This document shows, piece by piece, positions 1 through 6,748 of a stretch of DNA of 64,000 nt. Within the stretch, counting starts at the first letter, position 1, and each line of letters opens with the position of its first letter. Where the stretch lies: the IMG/VR virus record IMGVR_UViG_3300032116_015770; one strand, given 5' to 3'. The notes below the pieces were generated by a model. It was not told where the DNA came from. It did no database searches and worked only from the letters and a program-made list of their open reading frames with translations. The position numbers were made by a program, and so were the translations under genes. The DNA is from a virus.

Positions 1-33
1 AGATTTTTTTATGTCTTCTATTGCTTTTTTCAT
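1..33 (-). CDS. 5' end of a gene running off the window (MKKAIEDIKKS...), possibly tape measure/hub gp29-like
   Basis: ATG at 33..31 overlaps the gp51 stop (TAATG coupling); product guessed only from position downstream of gp26/gp51. Confidence 0.35.
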   Translation of the reverse strand, partial: MKKAIEDIKKS

Positions 34-230
34 TATAGGTGCTTACTATTCTGTTGAAGAATTTTTAATTTATCGTTTTCTTTTTTAACATGATCAACCA
101 GAAGAGCTACGTAAATTTCCCTTTCCCAGGGTAACATATTTTCTAATTCTGTCAACGAGTACTTGTGATGTTGCATTAACGCAAAATTTAAAGTATAATA
201 ATTAAGTAAGTTATCTTGAGAAAGGGTTAT
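33..230 (-). CDS. gp51: baseplate hub assembly catalyst gp51-like; not in the ORF track; probably reached by -1 frameshift from gp26
   Basis: Manual translation ITLSQDNLLNYYTLNFALMQHHKYSLTELENMLPWEREIYVALLVDHVKKENDKLKILQQNSKHL*; NFALMQHHKYSLTELENM.PWER.IY is the gp51 signature of aquatic T4-likes; first ATG only at 176. Confidence 0.85.
   Translation of the reverse strand: MTLSQDNLLNYYTLNFALMQHHKYSLTELENMLPWEREIYVALLVDHVKKENDKLKILQQNSKHL
171..199 (+). promoter_or_regulatory. candidate sigma70 promoter antisense to gp26
   Basis: TTGCAT(171-176)-N17-TATAAT(194-199). Confidence 0.4.
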
Positions 231-922
231 ACGAAAAAATTTTGTAATCCGGTTAATTTAGTAACATTATGCTTACCACACTCATTACAATCTGCTTCTA
301 TAGTCTGTACAACTTTAGGAGAAGTTGTAAAAAACTTCTCTATTTTTTCGAACTGAGATTTTGTAAAAGATTCAACAAACTCTCTTAATTCGTTTTTAGT
401 CTGATCCTGTGCTTCATAGTATTCATCATTACTATAAACACCTTTAATACTGTTAGCAATTAACTCAATAATATCATCTGTACTACCATCTCCGATAACA
501 TTTACCACATCATCAAATACTGGATAATTCATCTCAATACTATACATATCCGTTAACTTTATAATATTAGAGTGATCAGGTTCTTTTTCAATACTAACAT
601 TTTCAATATTATAAGTTGCATCGATCTTATTTCCACATTCACAATTTACAATTACTTCTACTATTTCACTAATAGATTTTGCCCTTAAGTGTAAAAAGAT
701 GTACTCTACATCGAAATGCGGCAGTTTATTAACTTGTAACTTATTAAAGGTACAAACATCTACTAATTCTCTTACAACTCTAGAAACTTCTTCTTCATTA
801 GCGTCAGTTAGTGTTAATAAAATCTTATGTTCTTTTACTAGAAAAGGTCTATATGAAATTGGTTTATTGGTTGAAGGTAAAATCAATTCATACGTTGGTG
901 TATCTAATTTTGGTAAAGCCAT
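227..922 (-). CDS. gp26: baseplate hub assembly protein gp26
   Basis: MALPKLDTPTYEL.LPS...YRPFLVKE.KILL, LRAKSI, two CxC/CxxC motifs, C-terminal GLQNFF. Confidence 0.9.
   Translation of the reverse strand: MALPKLDTPTYELILPSTNKPISYRPFLVKEHKILLTLTDANEEEVSRVVRELVDVCTFNKLQVNKLPHFDVEYIFLHLRAKSISEIVEVIVNCECGNKIDATYNIENVSIEKEPDHSNIIKLTDMYSIEMNYPVFDDVVNVIGDGSTDDIIELIANSIKGVYSNDEYYEAQDQTKNELREFVESFTKSQFEKIEKFFTTSPKVVQTIEADCNECGKHNVTKLTGLQNFFV
233..239 (-). other. putative -1 ribosomal frameshift slippery heptamer T TTT TTC
   Basis: Minus strand AAT TTT TTC GTA TAA at the end of gp26; the -1 frame continues into gp51. Confidence 0.65.
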
Positions 923-934
923 TATATCTCCTAA

Positions 935-1636
935 TTAACCAAATGATCCTGCTCCTACTTGTTGTCCGTTTTGATTATCTAAACCATCCGCCAGTCTAGG
1001 GGAAGGGCTTTGGATAGGCTTATTCGAAACGCTCTTATTAGCAGCTGCAGTAGTAACTGTCTTATTAACAAATATAGGTGTGGGTACGTCAGCTACTCTT
1101 GTAGTGCTTAAGTCTCTCCAATAACGATATGCAAATAAAACATTTAATCTATGTGTTTGATTAGTTGAGTTGTGATTAAGATCTAATAAATTTGCATTTC
1201 TAGGAAATGCATCTATTAACTCAACTTCATACGTAATATTTTCTTCTTCATCTAACTGTCTTATAATAACAGTGCCTTTATAATCATTTAACCAACCTAC
1301 AGTATAGCTATCTTTATCTACTACGGAATGCAACCAAGAATCAAAAAACCTTTTAATTTTCATCTCTCTGTCTAGATGAAAAACAATAGATGTACCTTCA
1401 CCACCATAATCACTTGTGATTGGTTTTTGGTATGCAGGTCCAAATATCTTAAATGGTTTAGTTTGAATATTAAGAATAGGGAAAGAAGCCTGCTCAGCAA
1501 ATAAACTTACTAAATCTGAACTCTGTCTAAGAGCAGCAGGGGGAATAATTTGAATTTCAAAACGATTAGTTCTAGCTAGACTTTTAGCTAAAAGAGTGGC
1601 TCTAAAATCCGCAATTTTAAAATGTGCTTTATTCAT
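935..1636 (-). CDS. gp54: tail-tube-fold baseplate protein (gp54 / gp19 paralog)
   Basis: LARTNRFEI...FFDSW...IRQLD...ELIDAFP...LNVLFAYRYW tube fold; position next to gp2. Confidence 0.7.
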   Translation of the reverse strand: MNKAHFKIADFRATLLAKSLARTNRFEIQIIPPAALRQSSDLVSLFAEQASFPILNIQTKPFKIFGPAYQKPITSDYGGEGTSIVFHLDREMKIKRFFDSWLHSVVDKDSYTVGWLNDYKGTVIIRQLDEEENITYEVELIDAFPRNANLLDLNHNSTNQTHRLNVLFAYRYWRDLSTTRVADVPTPIFVNKTVTTAAANKSVSNKPIQSPSPRLADGLDNQNGQQVGAGSFG

Positions 1637-2205
1637 TAGTATTTTTTCCTGGTCTCTCTCCAGACCGTTTCTTTAGTAGCACCTACAAAACGCTCTACTG
1701 GTAATTGAGATGCTGTTATCCAATCAGGATATTTAATTTTTAAAAAACGTGATTCTACATGATCATACAGATAATGTTTTACACACGCTCTTGCTGGCTC
1801 AAGTTTTGATACTGATTCTACAATCTGCCAATTTATTCTTACTTTTGTATCATCACCTATCTTCTCACTTGCTGTGTAATTATGCATTGCACCTAGTACT
1901 TTAAATCTTACCATATAGGGTAGATAATGAAGATTGATTCCATAGAATCCATTCTCAACTCGGCGAAATGCTAATATTAAAGGAAACTTATCCCAGTATG
2001 GTAAAGAGTCTTTAAGTTTCGCTTCATAAAAAAACATATACATGTTACCAGGTATAATTTGCGAAACTAGCTCTCCACCTCTGGACATTAAGCTTTCAGG
2101 TCTAGTACTCGCAAGAACTTTAAGGTTATCGCGATACCATCTAAGTGAGCGATCAAGCTGCTGATTATTTGCTGCTTGACGAATGTTTTCGAAAGGATTT
2201 GCCAT
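1636..2205 (-). CDS. gp2: DNA end protector protein
   Basis: PGNMYMFFY.AKLK..LPYWDKFPL, GINLHYLP, CVKHYL; start moved to MANPF (2205), 5 nt after a late promoter. Confidence 0.9.
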   Translation of the reverse strand: MANPFENIRQAANNQQLDRSLRWYRDNLKVLASTRPESLMSRGGELVSQIIPGNMYMFFYEAKLKDSLPYWDKFPLILAFRRVENGFYGINLHYLPYMVRFKVLGAMHNYTASEKIGDDTKVRINWQIVESVSKLEPARACVKHYLYDHVESRFLKIKYPDWITASQLPVERFVGATKETVWRETRKKY

Positions 2206-2210
2206 GGTAA

Positions 2211-2218
2211 TATTTATC
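2211..2218 (-). promoter_or_regulatory. T4-type late promoter (GATAAATA) for gp2
   Basis: Minus strand GATAAATA TTACC ATG. Confidence 0.7.
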
Positions 2219-2665
2219 CTAACCAATTCCAAGGTCTTTTTCAGTTAACACTAAAAATTTCATTCCTCTATCTTGGCAGAATTCACCAGCGGCTTTCCAT
2301 TTAGCCTGATTAGTGCCGTAATTAAAAACCTCCTCTATGAATCTTTTGGTTTTACGTTTAGGTATTTCAGGAGGTTTTGTGAATTTTTCCGGTTTAATTT
2401 CTATTAAATACTTGGTTACTTTATTGGAAGAATCTCTTATTTTTACATAAAAATCAACAAAATATCTATGTACCTTATTATCTACTGGTGAGCGATAAGG
2501 TATAATAATTGTCTCAGAACCCCATTCCACTACAGCATCATTAAAATCACAATACTTCATGAACCTAAGCTCCCACGAAGATCTGTATATTACTTCCTGT
2601 AAGTCTCCACGGTACTTGGAAGGGTTAGAGATACGATAGTAACCTTTGTAGGTTGATTTATACAT
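2219..2665 (-). CDS. gp4: head completion nuclease (TnsA-like)
   Basis: NPSKYRGD..YRSSWE..FM..CD...WGSE, HRYFVDF, LIEIKP, NQAKW.AA, LTEKDL; start at MYKST (2665). Confidence 0.92.
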   Translation of the reverse strand: MYKSTYKGYYRISNPSKYRGDLQEVIYRSSWELRFMKYCDFNDAVVEWGSETIIIPYRSPVDNKVHRYFVDFYVKIRDSSNKVTKYLIEIKPEKFTKPPEIPKRKTKRFIEEVFNYGTNQAKWKAAGEFCQDRGMKFLVLTEKDLGIG

Positions 2666-2669
2666 ACGA

Positions 2670-2677
2670 GATAAATA
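2670..2677 (+). promoter_or_regulatory. late promoter (GATAAATA) for the gp48 operon
   Basis: Motif ends 27 nt upstream of the gp48 ATG. Confidence 0.65.
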
Positions 2678-2691
2678 TAGTACATTTTCAC

Positions 2692-2699
2692 TATTTATA
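2692..2699 (-). promoter_or_regulatory. late promoter (TATAAATA) for gp4
   Basis: Perfect T4 late consensus on the minus strand, upstream of the gp4 start. Confidence 0.75.
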
Positions 2700-2704
2700 A
2701 CAAA

Positions 2705-3802
2705 ATGCCAACACAAGACCGCCCTAGTACCAGCTCAATAAGCAACCTAAAACCAGGTAAAGATGCAAGCACATCAAAAAATAGGTATCAGGCTGGTCCT
2801 ATTTTTCAGTACCCTGTAGATCTTAATAATAATGAACTTAAGCATTACATAACATTTGAATTGGTTTCGCGTGGTAAATCTGAGGCTGTAAAAGGTAAAA
2901 AAGTACAAGAAATAAGAAACAATCCAGATAGCGCAAATCTATCTAGAGAGCAACTATCGGGTCTAGGAACTGGTGCAGTAGGGGCAGGGGCTGTTACATC
3001 TGGTGGTGCAGTTTATGCGCTAACAAAAAAATTATTTGATACTGTAGGTAAAACTGGAGATCAACAAAAAGGCGCACCTGGTGTAAGTATACCGGGAGTT
3101 GTTGCAGGTGGTGTTGCAGGTGTTGCTGTAGGTAAAGCTATGGCTGATTTCTTGACACCTGATGTCAAATACAAGCTGGAACAAGTAATAGCTTTGTATG
3201 TAGACGGGCCTCCTACAGTTCGCTATGGTATGAACTACACAAATAAAGAGCTAGGTAACTTAGCAGGGTTGATTGGTGGAGCTATCGGGGACACTTATAA
3301 AAATTTAAATTCTGCAGAGGCTTTATCTGCTATAGGTCTTCAGGCTGCAAAATTACCAGGTATATTTTCTGGTGTGGATATATCTACAGCTGCTCAAAAA
3401 GGAGCAGGTGTAGCTCTGAACCCGTTTAAAGAAGTAGTATTTGAATCGGTAGATTTTAGAACATTCCAATTTAAGTATAGATTTTTTCCTAGAAGCCCTG
3501 AAGAATCCAGAAGAGCAAAAGATATAATTAGCTTATTTAAATACCATATGCACCCGGAGATGTCGGATAATAGGTTATTCTTTAAATATCCATCAGAGTT
3601 TATAATTACTTACAATTATAATAGCGGGCGTAATACCTATTTTCATAAATTTGCAAACTGTGTATTAGAGACTATGGATTTAAGTTATGGTGGTGAACAG
3701 TTCTCTTCATTTAGTGATGGCAGCCCTACAGAAATTAACATGAGTCTTACATTCCGTGAAATCGAATTGTTAACTAAGAAGATGATCGATCAGGGGTACT
3801 AA
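2705..3802 (+). CDS. gp48: baseplate tail tube cap
   Basis: QYPVDL, NPFKEVVFESVDFRTFQFKYRFFPRS, FKYHMHP, YPSEF, CVL..M, LTFREIELLTK. Confidence 0.88.
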   Translation: MPTQDRPSTSSISNLKPGKDASTSKNRYQAGPIFQYPVDLNNNELKHYITFELVSRGKSEAVKGKKVQEIRNNPDSANLSREQLSGLGTGAVGAGAVTSGGAVYALTKKLFDTVGKTGDQQKGAPGVSIPGVVAGGVAGVAVGKAMADFLTPDVKYKLEQVIALYVDGPPTVRYGMNYTNKELGNLAGLIGGAIGDTYKNLNSAEALSAIGLQAAKLPGIFSGVDISTAAQKGAGVALNPFKEVVFESVDFRTFQFKYRFFPRSPEESRRAKDIISLFKYHMHPEMSDNRLFFKYPSEFIITYNYNSGRNTYFHKFANCVLETMDLSYGGEQFSSFSDGSPTEINMSLTFREIELLTKKMIDQGY

Positions 3803-4293
3803 TGTATTTCGAACAGTTTCCAAAAACGTTTTATTCGTTAGATGACAATAAGAGCGTTCAGCTAGTTACCAATATTTTCTTACGTGTTATTCTTAGTGAC
3901 GAGATTAAAAATAATCTCACCTTGTATGAGCTATATGATATAAAAGAAGGGGAGACACCTGAAATTATTGCAGATCAGTTTTATGGCGATCCAAAATTAC
4001 ACTGGGTTATTTGCCACTTAAATGAGATAATTGACCCTAGATTTGACTGGCCTTTATCAACAAAAAATTTGAAAAGCTATTGTGAGACCAAATACGATAA
4101 TATTTTTGGTATTCATCATTACATTAATTCAGAAGGTTATATAGTAAATAGTACTGTTCCAGGTGCAACTTCAGTTTCTAATTTTCAATACGAAGAGCAG
4201 TTAAATGAAAAGAAGAGAAGAATACGTTTATTAAAACCTGAGTTTATTCGTAATGTAGTTAATGACTTTAAAAATATAGTGAGTAGTGTCTAA
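3802..4293 (+). CDS. gp53: baseplate wedge subunit (LysM-like)
   Basis: MYFEQFP, YDIKEGETPEIIADQFYGD..LHWVI, DWPL, YEEQLNEKKRRIRLLKP. Confidence 0.92.
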   Translation: MYFEQFPKTFYSLDDNKSVQLVTNIFLRVILSDEIKNNLTLYELYDIKEGETPEIIADQFYGDPKLHWVICHLNEIIDPRFDWPLSTKNLKSYCETKYDNIFGIHHYINSEGYIVNSTVPGATSVSNFQYEEQLNEKKRRIRLLKPEFIRNVVNDFKNIVSSV

Positions 4294-5651
4294 TGGTAGA
4301 TAGCGTTCAAAGAGCAGGTGCAGTAGATATTAGAACTTTAAAATTAATTACCACTGAAAATGTTGTAATTAATTTAAAGGAGTTTTTTGTTGAGCTTAAT
4401 ATTTACGAAGATATCTTTTCACCATGTATGAAAGGTGATATTGTTTTATCTGATAGTAGAAATATTATTGATTTAGGTAATTTAGTTGGTGAAGAATTAA
4501 TTAATATCGAATTTGTCACACCATCCTTCGAACATGTAATAAAAAAGACGTTTAGAGTATATCAAATCTCCGATCGCGCTATTGTAAGAGATAATAATAC
4601 GCAATTATTTACATTACATTTTGCATCAGTAGAATTTTTTTATGATATTAACCTACCATTATTCAGACCATTTGAGGGTGAAATAACAGATGTAGTTAAA
4701 GAAATATTTGGTCAATACATCGCTACGGGTAGAAATTATGATGCAAACCCTGATGATAAAGGTGCGAAAGAAGAAACCGAAATAATTACACCACTAGTTA
4801 TTTTAAACCCCACAACTAATAAAGTTAAATTTATTTCTCCTGGATGGACCCCTTTCAAATGCTTAACCTGGTTAGCCTCTAAATCTATACCTAAAGAAGG
4901 TAAAGCTAAAAATTATTTGTTTTTTGAATCTAATAAATCATTTTACTTTGGATCTTTAGAATATATTTTTAAAGAAACATTACAAAATAAAGAAACTATA
5001 GGTACATACTTTAAGTCAGCTGCAAACTTTAAAGAAGGTATGTTAGATTCTACTCATCTAAATCGAGAATATTTTATCGCTAAAGATGTTACTATGGTTG
5101 AAAATATCGACCATATTAAAAATTATACTAACGGGTATCTAGCTAATAGACTGTATTTTTTAGATGTAATGAATAAAACCTATGATGTAATTAATTATGA
5201 TTACGTTGAAGAATATAAGAACCAATGGCATACAGCAGGCTTTGGAGATTATGCCGTACCCATTTTCTCTAAGAATGCTTTTAGAAATTCAGCTTCACAC
5301 ATTAGTTATTACCCAAAAAATCCTAAACTGTTTGATAATTTTAAAGATAATATTAATGAAAAAATGGGTGAGATATATGGAAATAGATTGTCAAGTTTAT
5401 TGGATTTAACTAACATTAAATTGAATTTAACAATACCAGGAAGAACCGATGTAGAGGTAGGAAAGATGTTATACTTTTCTTATCCAAGTCTTGGTGGTAA
5501 AGATGATAGTAATAACGCTGATCCTTCTAAATCAGAAGATCCCAGTTACTCAGGTTACTATTTTATTACCGCAATTCGTCATAAACTTAACTTTAACGAA
5601 CATAACATGACTATGGAATGTGTTAAAGATTCATTATATACTCAGAGCTAA
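4293..5651 (+). CDS. baseplate hub protein (gp27-like)
   Basis: ELNIYEDIF, G.E.I.IEF.TP, YLFFE, SGYY.ITAIRH; lies between gp53 and gp5. Confidence 0.7.
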   Translation: MVDSVQRAGAVDIRTLKLITTENVVINLKEFFVELNIYEDIFSPCMKGDIVLSDSRNIIDLGNLVGEELINIEFVTPSFEHVIKKTFRVYQISDRAIVRDNNTQLFTLHFASVEFFYDINLPLFRPFEGEITDVVKEIFGQYIATGRNYDANPDDKGAKEETEIITPLVILNPTTNKVKFISPGWTPFKCLTWLASKSIPKEGKAKNYLFFESNKSFYFGSLEYIFKETLQNKETIGTYFKSAANFKEGMLDSTHLNREYFIAKDVTMVENIDHIKNYTNGYLANRLYFLDVMNKTYDVINYDYVEEYKNQWHTAGFGDYAVPIFSKNAFRNSASHISYYPKNPKLFDNFKDNINEKMGEIYGNRLSSLLDLTNIKLNLTIPGRTDVEVGKMLYFSYPSLGGKDDSNNADPSKSEDPSYSGYYFITAIRHKLNFNEHNMTMECVKDSLYTQS

Positions 5652-6748
5652 TGCAAAGAATATTCAACAAAGATGGTTTTAATTGGTGGATAGGGGTTGT
5701 TGAAGATAGAAACGACCCTGAAAAAATGGGTCGTTGTAAGGTAAGAATTTTTGGTTATCATACAGAAGTTAAAGAAGTTTTAGATACTAAAGATCTACCC
5801 TGGGCAATTCCAATTCAACCTATTACATCAGCTGCTACTTCAGGTAAAGGATCCTCACCTTTAGGACCTTTACCAGGTACTTGGGTCCTTGGTTTCTTTT
5901 TAGATGGTACCGACATGCAGCAACCTGCTATGTTAGGTACGATTGCCTCTAGTACCGTGACATCAGGATTTGAAGAGACACCAGATCCTGAATATAATAC
6001 TAACCCTAATGATGGTGTTCTTAGAGATGGAACAGGTAAAGAAGTTCTTGATGAAAAAGGCGAACCGGTTAGATCAGGTACACCAGATATACCTGGGTGG
6101 AAGTTAGGACAGACATCAGAGAAGTATGAAGTAGGATCTGGCGGTCCAGGTACCATAAATGATTACAACGGTGCAGCAGCAGGAGACTTTGGAGGTGCAT
6201 CGTATGGTATCTATCAAATGTATTCTGGTTTACCTGTAAGTAGCCCTAGACTTAGCAAGCCAAGAGATGGAAGCGGGGGTACTGTTAAGTCATATGTTAG
6301 AGATCCTAACTGTAAATTTAGAGATAAGTTTGCTGGTTTAACTCCTGCAACTCCTGAATTTGATAGAGCGTGGAGAGCCTGTGCCTCTAGTAATGCAGCC
6401 GCTTTTAGAGAAGATCAACACGATTTTATAGAAAGAACTATCTATAATAAAGCAGTAAATATTTTAAAACGTCTTCAACTATGCGATGTAGATAAGTACG
6501 GCCCAGCAGTCAAAGATCTTGTATGGTCGACAGCAGTACAATGGGGCCCGGATAGAATTGATGATGCATTTAGAATTTTAGCAGATAAGAGTGTAATTAC
6601 AGAAAGAGAAATTGTTGATTTAGTCACTCAACATAAAATTAGCTTAATACCGAGAATGTTTGCAAGAAGTAGTGAAGCTACAAAAACGGGTGTACGAAAC
6701 CGTTACATTGCAGAGAAAGCTGACTTATATAAACTTATAAAATCATGA
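5651..6748 (+). CDS. gp5: gp5 N-terminal OB-fold fused to a lysozyme-like (VgrG3-C-type) muramidase domain
   Basis: WWIGVVEDRNDP..GRCKVRI.GYH, LPWA, GTWVLGFFLDG..MQQP; then LG..SEKYE...GDFGGASYGIYQ...WSTAVQWG. Confidence 0.85.
   Translation: MQRIFNKDGFNWWIGVVEDRNDPEKMGRCKVRIFGYHTEVKEVLDTKDLPWAIPIQPITSAATSGKGSSPLGPLPGTWVLGFFLDGTDMQQPAMLGTIASSTVTSGFEETPDPEYNTNPNDGVLRDGTGKEVLDEKGEPVRSGTPDIPGWKLGQTSEKYEVGSGGPGTINDYNGAAAGDFGGASYGIYQMYSGLPVSSPRLSKPRDGSGGTVKSYVRDPNCKFRDKFAGLTPATPEFDRAWRACASSNAAAFREDQHDFIERTIYNKAVNILKRLQLCDVDKYGPAVKDLVWSTAVQWGPDRIDDAFRILADKSVITEREIVDLVTQHKISLIPRMFARSSEATKTGVRNRYIAEKADLYKLIKS

Noticed and set aside
128-155. TTGACA-N16-TACCCT on the minus strand inside gp51
   Set aside because: Poor -10 box and spacing; explained by the conserved SLTELENMLPW codons
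2666-2716. ORF-track N-terminal extensions of gp4 (also gp2 2206-2232, gp55 59345-59374, dpdA 62050-62070)
   Set aside because: They overlap promoters or neighbouring genes; the downstream ATGs fit family N-termini better
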